From contig CAYOGW010000005.1 in assembly GCA_964403635.1 (NCBI GenBank), positions 6,289-46,356 on the forward strand: a DNA stretch of 40,068 nt, in the 5' to 3' direction. Below, in pieces: positions 1-7,827 of the stretch. This DNA is from an uncultured Anaerolineaceae bacterium (GTDB lineage Bacteria; Chloroflexota; Anaerolineae; Anaerolineales; Villigracilaceae). The position numbers and the translations under genes were made by a program. The notes under the pieces were generated by a model. That model ran no database searches. It had not been told where the DNA came from and was given only the letters and a program-made list of their open reading frames with translations. Positions within the stretch are counted from its first letter, which is position 1. Each line of letters starts with the position of its first letter.

Positions 1-644
1 ACCGTTTTTTAAACGAAAAAGATGTTTTAAATTGGGCATCTCAAATTAGCGAAGCTTTAACTTTTATGCATCGCCAAGACCCGCCCATTGTCCATCGTGA
101 TATTAAACCTTCCAACTTAAAAATTACTCCCGATGGTGTCATTAAATTAGTCGATTTTGGTTTGGTTAAAGTGCTCGCACCAGATGAAGAAACCATTACC
201 ATTATTCAAGGGCAAGGAACTGTTCTATACACCCCGTTAGAACAATATGGCGGTTCTGAAATGCATACAGATGCACGGTCAGATATTTACTCCCTCGGTG
301 CAACACTCTACCACCTTTTAACTACTCAAGCCCCCATAGACGCCAGACAACGGTTTTTATATCCCGAAAACCTTGTACCACCACGACGAATCAATCCGTC
401 CATCAGCATTCGTGTCGAAAAATCAATTTTATGGGCCATGGAATTGCACCCAGATGACCGTCCAGATTCTGTCGAATCACTTCGGCAATATCTCTTTGGT
501 ACCAAAGAACTACCAACCCGCCCCATGATTAAACCACGCCGCGGCTTCACCCTGCAAGCCTTGCTTGCCCCCCCAGAAAGCATTTTATTGGGTATTTCAA
601 CCGCCCTATTACTGCTTAGTTTGCTCAGCACGCTCAGCAGATAA
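1..644 (+). CDS. Ser/Thr protein kinase, 5'-partial (N-terminus upstream of window); C-terminal hydrophobic anchor
   Basis: Frame is open from window position 3. Translation shows kinase subdomain VIb 'HRDIKPSNL', the activation-loop motif 'DFG', and 'GT..Y..PE'. The C-terminal 'ILLGISTALLLLSLLSTL' is a predicted TM segment. The 3' end overlaps the convergent GH3 gene by 36 nt. Confidence 0.85.
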   Translation, partial: RFLNEKDVLNWASQISEALTFMHRQDPPIVHRDIKPSNLKITPDGVIKLVDFGLVKVLAPDEETITIIQGQGTVLYTPLEQYGGSEMHTDARSDIYSLGATLYHLLTTQAPIDARQRFLYPENLVPPRRINPSISIRVEKSILWAMELHPDDRPDSVESLRQYLFGTKELPTRPMIKPRRGFTLQALLAPPESILLGISTALLLLSLLSTLSR

Positions 645-3374
645 CTTCCATCCCCAGCCCCCTACAAACCCCATTAATTGTCCAAAAACAATCGCTTGCA
701 AAAATGCGGTGAAATCTCTATCCTGCAGCCATTCTATACTGCCAGGGAAACTTAAAATTAAATAGTTATACGCTAACAAGCCTCCCATAAAAGCCAGCAA
801 CCCCCAACGAATGGCCCAACGCATATCAGCCAATTGCAAGCCTAACCAATAAAAAAGCCAACTGCCCGCCAAAACAGCCAGCATGGCAATAAACCAACCC
901 AACACTGTTGGATATCCATTTTGGGTAATCGGCACCCCATTTTCTGCAAAATCATTCGCTGGGGTTGGCTCAAAAGCTGTTTGAGTAACTTCAGCAGGGA
1001 TTAAAGTAGGCGTGACGATAACGGGAATAGAACCTTCATTGGAAATAGAAAGCTGAATTGTGGCAGAAATTCGGGCAGGCTCACTCTCAGCGCGAATCTC
1101 AATAAAGCCAGGTTGATCCAAGCTGAAAACCGTAGCCGCGACCCCATCTTGGGTAAGAGCATCCACTTGCTGGGTTAAACCACTCTCGCTCCGAGAAAGA
1201 ATAAATCGCACCACGGTTCCATCGGGTACCGGGTTAGCATTTCTATCCAATACAATTCCCGTTCTTACTGCAATCGAATCGCCCACCTTATACAAAACTG
1301 GCGGAATAGGCTCAGGCGTAGCTGTTTGCGAAACCGAACCCGGGGTTGCCTGCTCAACAAATAACGGAATCACCTGCGTTGCATTAGGTAATAAAGTCGT
1401 TAATAAATCATATCCAATGCCATGAATCGAAACTGGAGAAGCACCAACCGGCGTAATCTCCTGAAAAAGCAAGCGGGCGGCCACCTCAACAAATGGATTC
1501 GATTCGGAGTACAAACTGTAATACGCGGTCACACGGGCAATATCAGTAGCATCCATATAATAAGGGGCACCAAAAGAAAACAAAATTACCTTTTTGTTTT
1601 GTAACAACTCTTGCTTCTCAGTCAAAAACTGACGAAGGGTATTAACTTGGTTAGAACCTTCACTTAAATCCAAAGCCGAAATAACAATCCAATCTGCTCG
1701 TCCCAACGAATCAGAGAAATTGGTTGTTTGTAATTGATTATCTAAAAGCAAACGCATATCTAAAAAGGAAAAAGATGATAAATGAGATTGTCTTACCAAA
1801 CTTCCTGTTTGAGGACCATACAATCGCAAAATGGCATTCTGTAAAGCATCCTGCGCAAGAATAGGAACATCTACACAAGTACTACACTGCCGCGCAGGCG
1901 TATTATCCGTAATAAAAACCATATACTCCCGATCTAAAGGCGGGTCTGGCAAAATAGATGGGAAATCTGCCTTTGATGGGCTGATTAAAGTTGCCGATTG
2001 CCTCGCAATGTCAAACACAACCGCATCCGACTGCCCCAAGCGTTGAAATCGATTCGCTTCGGGGGTAATAACACTTAAAGCAAACGCCCCATACAAACGA
2101 TACTTTAAAACCAAAATTCTCATCACAGAAGCATCCACCCGTTGAGCAAAAGCCGGGTCTTCTCGATATTTCTGTACAAAAAAGTCTAGGGTTCGCAAAA
2201 TGGTTGTGTAATTATCCGGCGCATCACTAGAGACAATTTCACCCATATACAACAAATCATTGCCAGCCAAAAATGCATCGCGGGCTACCAAACGCGCCGC
2301 AAAACCAGCTTGATTTGGGTCATAAAACTTTCGAATTGCTTCAGTACCTAAATTTTCACTCACCACAATGCCGCCAGAAGATCGCCAAATCGAAAGTTCT
2401 GGCAAGCTCATCATGGCATCTAAAGCCGCCTGATCAAAACTTACAGGGCGGGTTGTTGCGCGAATATTGCCCTGAAAACCCTGATACCGAATATGGGAAA
2501 CCAACAAACCATCCACTGTTTTATCTAAGGAAGGAGCCAAGCCCGTCACTGAAAAAAAGGGAAATAAATCAATTTGTTTTAGTTCTTCCAGAGATTTTCG
2601 CACAGTCGCAACTTCTATTTCAGGAGAGCGGTCTGAAGCCCCGCGCCCAGGAAAGTGCCTCGCAATAACCGCCATACGGCTTTGGCTGCCCAAATGCAAA
2701 CCAGAAACGTAAGCCTGCCCCATTTTGGCTACCCAATAAGGGTCACCACCAAAAACGCGGGTACTTAAATCAGAACTTAATGATGGATTCGGGTTTTCCA
2801 AAACGTCTAAAGACAAGCCCAAATATAAATTAAATCCAAGCGCGCTTAATTCTTGCCCCATAACCTCACCGGCTCGCTTGGCATTAATGGGTTGCCAGGT
2901 TGCTCCAATCGCCATTTGATCTGGCAAAACCGTTAAACCGCTTAAAATTTGGTCATTGGGATAACCGCCGCCTTCTTGAGCAATCCCTACAAATAATGGG
3001 ATATATTGAGCCGATGGAATAGGTTGCCTTTCCGTCGGTTGAGCCGCATCCCACTCGGTTTGCTGAAGTTTGTTAATTAATTGCTGTGCCGCCAAAGTTG
3101 TATCAGGCGCGGCAATAAAATTATCATTGCGCGCCGCAAGCATTACCCCGCCCACATGATGATTTGTAATTAAATCGGCAATTTGCGATTCTGTATTAAA
3201 GTCACTTCCATTAAATGTCACTAAAAATAACTGCCCCACTTTTTCTTCTGGTGACATTTGCGATAACAAAACCTGGGCCTGAATATTTGGCACGGGAACT
3301 TGAGCAGCGGCAGTGCCAGGCAAAGAAATTAAAATTAACATAACCATTACAGCAGAAAAGATTTTTACTTTCAT
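609..3374 (-). CDS. Glycoside hydrolase family 3 (NagZ-like beta-N-acetylhexosaminidase) with signal peptide, extra beta-sandwich domains and a C-terminal multi-TM anchor
   Basis: N-terminal signal peptide 'MKVKIFSAVMVMLILISLPGTAAAQ'. GH3 N-domain with the NagZ-type motif 'RHFPGRGASDRSPEIE' (cf. KHFPGHG..DSH). A long C-terminal extension ends in hydrophobic helices ('WFIAMLAVLAGSWLFYWLGL', 'GLLAFMGGLLAYNYLIL'). Start codon overlaps the stop of the upstream GDPD gene (ATGA). Confidence 0.8.
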   Translation of the reverse strand: MKVKIFSAVMVMLILISLPGTAAAQVPVPNIQAQVLLSQMSPEEKVGQLFLVTFNGSDFNTESQIADLITNHHVGGVMLAARNDNFIAAPDTTLAAQQLINKLQQTEWDAAQPTERQPIPSAQYIPLFVGIAQEGGGYPNDQILSGLTVLPDQMAIGATWQPINAKRAGEVMGQELSALGFNLYLGLSLDVLENPNPSLSSDLSTRVFGGDPYWVAKMGQAYVSGLHLGSQSRMAVIARHFPGRGASDRSPEIEVATVRKSLEELKQIDLFPFFSVTGLAPSLDKTVDGLLVSHIRYQGFQGNIRATTRPVSFDQAALDAMMSLPELSIWRSSGGIVVSENLGTEAIRKFYDPNQAGFAARLVARDAFLAGNDLLYMGEIVSSDAPDNYTTILRTLDFFVQKYREDPAFAQRVDASVMRILVLKYRLYGAFALSVITPEANRFQRLGQSDAVVFDIARQSATLISPSKADFPSILPDPPLDREYMVFITDNTPARQCSTCVDVPILAQDALQNAILRLYGPQTGSLVRQSHLSSFSFLDMRLLLDNQLQTTNFSDSLGRADWIVISALDLSEGSNQVNTLRQFLTEKQELLQNKKVILFSFGAPYYMDATDIARVTAYYSLYSESNPFVEVAARLLFQEITPVGASPVSIHGIGYDLLTTLLPNATQVIPLFVEQATPGSVSQTATPEPIPPVLYKVGDSIAVRTGIVLDRNANPVPDGTVVRFILSRSESGLTQQVDALTQDGVAATVFSLDQPGFIEIRAESEPARISATIQLSISNEGSIPVIVTPTLIPAEVTQTAFEPTPANDFAENGVPITQNGYPTVLGWFIAMLAVLAGSWLFYWLGLQLADMRWAIRWGLLAFMGGLLAYNYLILSFPGSIEWLQDRDFTAFLQAIVFGQLMGFVGGWGWKLSAERAEQTKQ

Positions 3375-4147
3375 GGTGTATTCCCCTCTGCAACAAAATG
3401 TTCATGCGCCAACAAAGGGTCATCTGTAAAAATAGCATCCACACCCATCTTTTTTAATCGGCGCATTTCTTGCGGGTCATTCACCGTCCAAACTTGAACA
3501 GCCCGTTTTTTGGTATGAGCATTTATCACCATTTGCGGATTAACATCTTCATAATAAGGATGCACCGCTTCAATAGCCATCCACTGACCTGCCAGCCTTT
3601 GCCACCAACCTGCATTTTTTGGCAGGGCAAGCTGACCACACGCCGCCGTTGGCGAGAGCTTTTTCACAGCCACTAAGTTATGCGGCAAAAATGACGAATA
3701 CAAAACCCTGTCTTGAAGATTAAATTTCTTTACCAAATTAACCACTTGCTTAACAAGTGAATCAAACGGGCTGGCATAGTTTGTTAGTTCAATATTCATT
3801 AATATTTTTTGACCAAACGTTTCAAATACATCATCTAATGTAGGGATGGGTTGGTTCCGAAACTGCTCTCCAAACCAAGAACCCGCATCCAGTTCACGCA
3901 GGGCGGCTAGGGGGAGCCCGCGAGCAGAGCCGGTACCATTGGTCGTCCGATCCACTGTATCATCATGAAGCACAATCACCCGCGAATCAGATGTCAATTT
4001 AACATCAAACTCTATTGCTGGTGCGTTTTGTTTTAACGCCGTCTCAAATGCCGCCAGCGTATTTTCTGGGGCATAGGCCGAGGCGCCACGATGGGCATAA
4101 AACAGGGGAAATGGGTATGAAGTAGTCATAGAAAAAGATAACCGCAA
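3371..4147 (-). CDS. Glycerophosphodiester phosphodiesterase (GDPD / UgpQ-GlpQ family)
   Basis: 'YAHRGASAYAPENTLAAFETAL...AIEFDVKLTSDSRVIVLHDDTVDRTTNGTG' matches the GDPD catalytic His/Arg/Glu/Asp signature. The 258-aa size is typical. Confidence 0.85.
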   Translation of the reverse strand: MRLSFSMTTSYPFPLFYAHRGASAYAPENTLAAFETALKQNAPAIEFDVKLTSDSRVIVLHDDTVDRTTNGTGSARGLPLAALRELDAGSWFGEQFRNQPIPTLDDVFETFGQKILMNIELTNYASPFDSLVKQVVNLVKKFNLQDRVLYSSFLPHNLVAVKKLSPTAACGQLALPKNAGWWQRLAGQWMAIEAVHPYYEDVNPQMVINAHTKKRAVQVWTVNDPQEMRRLKKMGVDAIFTDDPLLAHEHFVAEGNTP

Positions 4148-4172
4148 TACGCTCGATTATAGCGTACTGCGG
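4142..4172 (-). terminator. Putative rho-independent terminator downstream of the AAA ATPase gene (minus strand)
   Basis: Inverted repeat 'ccgcaatacgct'/'agcgtactgcgg' with a 7-nt loop. On the minus strand it is followed by 'ttatcttttt'. Confidence 0.45.
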
Positions 4173-4197
4173 TTTAAGATTAAAAACGGCTACGGAT

Positions 4198-5538
4198 TTA
4201 TAACTCTACAAAGTAGGCTTGTGCCGCTTTCTCCAAAAGTTCACGAGTCATGGCTGGCTCTAAAGACGAATAACGAGCAATATCAATAATCTGGTCACAC
4301 AAATCTCTTGGGTGTGAAGCGCGTAATTTGCGATTACGCTTGATATACCATTCTTGAAGAAGATAGGCTAACCCTTGGTCATCATATTGCACGCCTTTGC
4401 CTTGAGCAACCCGTTTAAATATCTCTCGATATTCTTCATAAGAGGGGTCACCAATTTCAATTTTATGGCGTAAGCGTCTTAAAAAGGCTTCGTCCACAAG
4501 GTCTTTGGGCGGCAGGTTTGTAGAGAAAACGACCAACACATCAAATGGCACTTCCATTTTACGGCCAGTATGCAGGGTTAAAAAGTCTAAGCGATTTTCC
4601 AGTGGAACAATCCAACGATTTAACAAATCGCGCGGGCGAACTTGCTGGCGGCCAAAGTCATCAATTAATAAAATTCCGCCATTGGCTTTCACCTGAAACG
4701 GGGCTTCGTAAAATTTATTGGTGTCATCAAAAACCAAATCTAAGCCTGCTAAGGTTAATTCACCACCTACCACAATAAATGGCCGTTTAATATGTACCCA
4801 CCGAGGGTCACGACGGGTATTCGAGCGCAATGAGCCTGTTCCAGAAGCGGTGGAATCTTCATCGTGCGCCCGTTGATGATTAACACTGTCATATAACTTA
4901 ATTACTTGCCCGTCTACATAAAGAGCAAATGGGATATACATATCTTGCTGCAAAATTAAATTACCAAACGCGCGCGCCACACTGGTTTTACCGTTACCGG
5001 GCGGGCCATACAAGAAAATGGATGTACCCGAATTAAGCGCAGGACCGAGCCGCTCAAAGGTGGTATTAGATAACACCAACTGAGATAACAATTGTCGCAT
5101 CGTACGTGAAGTAACTGCTACACGGTGATGGCTCTGTTTTTTAACAGATTCGTTATACACTTCTATCGGCACAGGCGCGGGTCCAGCGTATTGGCTTCTT
5201 TCCAAGGCTTCACGGGCTCGGGCTGTGCCAGCCCCTGTAATCGCATATTGATAAGAACCTTCTCCCAGACCCGCCTGAGAAGACTTAACTTCAACCAATT
5301 TTTCACGCTTTAAGGCTTCTAAAATTTGGTCTGTCACCCCAGCAAATGGCAAAGCAATGACCTCCGCAATTTTAAAGCCAGATAAAAACCCTTGAAAATA
5401 TAATATTTTTAAAGCCAAGTCTTGTAACCAAAGGAAAGACAAGCCTGTATCATCTAAGTTGGCAATAGGCGGCGGCACAAAAGCTGGGCCGTTAGACATA
5501 CCAGATGTGGTGCGAGGGGGTGAGTTGGTTAATGACAT
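4198..5538 (-). CDS. AAA+ ATPase, MoxR/AAA_5-like core with an N-terminal winged-helix-like domain; function unknown
   Basis: Walker A 'GPPGNGKTS' and Walker B 'ILLIDDFG'. The downstream 'RQQVRPRDLLNRWIVPLENR...VLVVFSTNLPP...AFLRRL' follows the AAA_5/MoxR pattern (DEINRA..LL..MEER...ATMNP...ALLDRF). Start chosen at ATG 5538, preceded by SD 'AGGAA'; the ORF is open to GTG 5595 (alternative). Confidence 0.7.
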   Translation of the reverse strand: MSLTNSPPRTTSGMSNGPAFVPPPIANLDDTGLSFLWLQDLALKILYFQGFLSGFKIAEVIALPFAGVTDQILEALKREKLVEVKSSQAGLGEGSYQYAITGAGTARAREALERSQYAGPAPVPIEVYNESVKKQSHHRVAVTSRTMRQLLSQLVLSNTTFERLGPALNSGTSIFLYGPPGNGKTSVARAFGNLILQQDMYIPFALYVDGQVIKLYDSVNHQRAHDEDSTASGTGSLRSNTRRDPRWVHIKRPFIVVGGELTLAGLDLVFDDTNKFYEAPFQVKANGGILLIDDFGRQQVRPRDLLNRWIVPLENRLDFLTLHTGRKMEVPFDVLVVFSTNLPPKDLVDEAFLRRLRHKIEIGDPSYEEYREIFKRVAQGKGVQYDDQGLAYLLQEWYIKRNRKLRASHPRDLCDQIIDIARYSSLEPAMTRELLEKAAQAYFVEL

Positions 5539-5639
5539 AAAGTTCCTGCCTGCGAAATTAATTAAAAAGAACAATAAGATTATAGCATGTGCCACTCACA
5601 TACAACATCAACCCAATACCAAAAATTTCATTAATCTCT

Positions 5640-5645
5640 TATAAT
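5640..5645 (+). promoter_or_regulatory. -10-like TATAAT box 6 nt upstream of the GT2 ATG (possible leaderless transcript)
   Basis: 'tataat' at 5640-5645, ATG at 5652, no Shine-Dalgarno between. Confidence 0.3.
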
Positions 5646-5651
5646 GCCTTC

Positions 5652-6335
5652 ATGAAACTTTCAGTCATAATCCCTGTCTATAACGAAAAAAATACTGTTC
5701 GAGAAATTGTTAGCCGAGTAACAAACATGAAAATGGCCGATGAAATCTTAATGATTGATGACGGCTCTAAAGACGGCACTCGCGAAATTTTAGCAGAGCT
5801 GGATGGCAAGAATAAAGTGCGGGTTATCTTACATGAAAAAAATATGGGCAAAGGCGCGGCGGTAAGAACCGGCATTCAGGCTGCTAAAGGCGATATTATG
5901 CTCATTCAAGATGCCGATTTAGAATATGACCCACGCGAGTACCCAAACCTACTCAAGCCGCTAGATGAGGGGCTGGCCGATGTGGTATACGGCTCCCGTT
6001 TCCTCGGCGCGCCGCGCCGCCCTATTCTGTTCTGGAATATGATTGCCAACAAACTATTAACGTTAATGACCAATATTCTCTACAACAACATCCTTACTGA
6101 TATGGAAACAGGGTACAAAGTGTTTCGCCGAGAAGTAGTAGAAAATATGAAATTAAACGCCAACCGCTTTGACTTTGAACCCGAATTTACAGCAAAAATT
6201 TTGAAAAGAAAAGTTCGATTGTATGAAGTGCCAATCGTATTTAACCCACGCGAATATTCTGAAGGCAAAAAAATCGGTTTACGAGATGCCTTCGAAGCCG
6301 TTTGGGCGCTGCTAAAATACCGCTTTGTTGATTAA
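5652..6335 (+). CDS. Family 2 glycosyltransferase, DPM1-like polyprenyl-phosphate sugar synthase type
   Basis: 'MKLSVIIPVYNEKNTV...DDGSKDGT...IQDADLEYDP' shows the GT-A fold DxD/DAD motifs. A 227-aa soluble GT2 is typical of dolichyl/polyprenyl-phosphate mannose or glucose synthases. ORF-track start 5589 rejected in favour of ATG 5652. Confidence 0.8.
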   Translation: MKLSVIIPVYNEKNTVREIVSRVTNMKMADEILMIDDGSKDGTREILAELDGKNKVRVILHEKNMGKGAAVRTGIQAAKGDIMLIQDADLEYDPREYPNLLKPLDEGLADVVYGSRFLGAPRRPILFWNMIANKLLTLMTNILYNNILTDMETGYKVFRREVVENMKLNANRFDFEPEFTAKILKRKVRLYEVPIVFNPREYSEGKKIGLRDAFEAVWALLKYRFVD

Positions 6336-6337
6336 AT

Positions 6338-6367
6338 AAAAAAACCGCCAAAAAGGCGGTTTTTTTA
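6338..6367 (+). terminator. Rho-independent terminator
   Basis: 'aaaaaaccgcc-aaaaa-ggcggttttttt': GC stem ccgcc/ggcgg plus a T-tract. Confidence 0.75.
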
Positions 6368-6410
6368 TTTGCGCATGCACAGACGAAAATTCTGTTATAA
6401 AATCAAATTC

Positions 6411-7826
6411 ATGAACGAAAATATCCCCTTCTACAATAAGCCGCTTAATCGCGCTATTTTCTTAATCTTTCTTGGGTTTTTGTTATACACACTATTGCAA
6501 TTTGGGTTAAGCCCGGTCGTACCAGAAAACAGCAGCGAAACAGCACTGTTACGCGCTCAACAAGATTTATTTAATCGAACCTTAATTAATAATATTCCGC
6601 TAGACAGTTTTATTTTTATCGTGTCAATGGTTATTTGGCTTATATTTTTCGCCCAATTCATCTTACCTGTCAAAACAAGAGGGCAACGCCAAGCAATTGT
6701 AGAACGTATGGTAGAGTACTTATCCGGTTTTCATGGACCCGCCATTTTCATTGAAAATGGCATCGTTCGTGCCCGTGAAAGTGACAGCGAGAATAAACGC
6801 CGAGGCTTAGGCGTTATCTGGTTAGATTCAGCCAGCGCGGCGATGCTTCGAACCCAAGTGGCATTTACCAGGGTAGTCGGCCCGGGTGTTCACTTCACCA
6901 AAAATCATGAATATATCGCCGCAACGGTTGATTTGCACACCATGACCCAATCCATTGGGCCCAAAGACAGTGACCAACCATTTACCATTCGCAAAGAAGA
7001 TGAAACTTACAATGAAGTACAAAAAAGACGTTGGGAAACCAGCGCGTTAACACGCGATGGAATAGAAGTGGTTGCCATTTTGTCTATAACATTCCGAATT
7101 AAAGCAAATCCCAACGAAGGTGGTACACCCTTCGGCTTCAACCCCGAAAGCACCCGCCTTGCCATTACAGCCTCTTTAACCAAAGATTCAAAACTCGATG
7201 CCCCTGTTTGGAGTGAATTGCCCGCCAAAATGGCGGTGGATGTTTGGCGGGAATATTTAAGACGATTTAAATTAAGCCAATTGTTTGAAGAATCAGACGA
7301 TGATGAAACAACAATTTTACAAATGATTAATGCTCAAATCAAAGAAAGATTAAGTAAACCCAATGTGATGGCGCTGGACGAATTTGGCAAACCAATTATT
7401 GAAAATAAACAACCAAAATTAATTCCCAGCCGCGAATTTCAACAACTAGAAGAAATTGGCTATCAAGTGTATAGCGTTAATATTAAAAAGTTAATTTTTG
7501 CGCCAGAAGTGGAAGACAAAATAATTAATCAATGGAGCAGTTTGTGGCTTAAAAACGCTCAAAAAGAACGACAGCAAGTGGAAAGAAAACGCAAATTAAA
7601 AGAGATGGATGGTCAAAAAAATGCGCTCAAACAATTTGCAACGAGTTCAAGCGTGGATCTTTCACAAAATAACCCCAGAAACAAAGCCCATGCTTTAGAA
7701 ATGCTCTATCGCTCTACCCATCGCGGCATTATTCGCAATAACGAATTACTGCGTAAAATGAACACAGAGCCCAGCGATTTAAATGACTTTGCAAATTGGA
7801 TGAAAGACAAAGCGGAGAATCAATAA
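6411..7826 (+). CDS. SPFH/band-7 (stomatin/flotillin/HflKC-like) membrane protein with N-terminal TM hairpin and C-terminal coiled coil
   Basis: SPFH signature segments 'VVGPGVHFTKNHEYIAATVDL', 'TRDGIEVVAILSITFRIKANP' and 'IGYQVYSVNIKKLIFAPEVEDKI' (G-I-x-V-x-S-V-x-I-x-x-I-x-x-P-x-E-V). Two N-terminal TM helices and a K/E/Q-rich C-terminal coiled coil. The ORF is open from 6369, but ATG 6411 (MNENIPFY) with upstream 'tataaa' is the more plausible start. Confidence 0.6.
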   Translation: MNENIPFYNKPLNRAIFLIFLGFLLYTLLQFGLSPVVPENSSETALLRAQQDLFNRTLINNIPLDSFIFIVSMVIWLIFFAQFILPVKTRGQRQAIVERMVEYLSGFHGPAIFIENGIVRARESDSENKRRGLGVIWLDSASAAMLRTQVAFTRVVGPGVHFTKNHEYIAATVDLHTMTQSIGPKDSDQPFTIRKEDETYNEVQKRRWETSALTRDGIEVVAILSITFRIKANPNEGGTPFGFNPESTRLAITASLTKDSKLDAPVWSELPAKMAVDVWREYLRRFKLSQLFEESDDDETTILQMINAQIKERLSKPNVMALDEFGKPIIENKQPKLIPSREFQQLEEIGYQVYSVNIKKLIFAPEVEDKIINQWSSLWLKNAQKERQQVERKRKLKEMDGQKNALKQFATSSSVDLSQNNPRNKAHALEMLYRSTHRGIIRNNELLRKMNTEPSDLNDFANWMKDKAENQ

Positions 7827-7827
7827 C

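Noticed and set aside
326-631. 101-aa minus-strand ORF
   Set aside because: It is antisense to the conserved kinase catalytic domain, with no independent support.
4198-5538. Initial impression of a DnaA/Cdc6/IstB-clade ATPase ('LLIDDFG', 'STNLPPKDL')
   Set aside because: The long Walker A to B spacing and the 'DDFGR..V.PRDLLNRWIVPLENR...FLRRL' pattern fit the MoxR/AAA_5 clade better. It is kept as an unresolved alternative in the finding.
5589-5651. Upstream extension of the DPM1-like GT2
   Set aside because: The GT-A fold begins at MKLSVIIPVYNE. A TATAAT at 5640-5645 sits inside the extension, so ATG 5652 is preferred.
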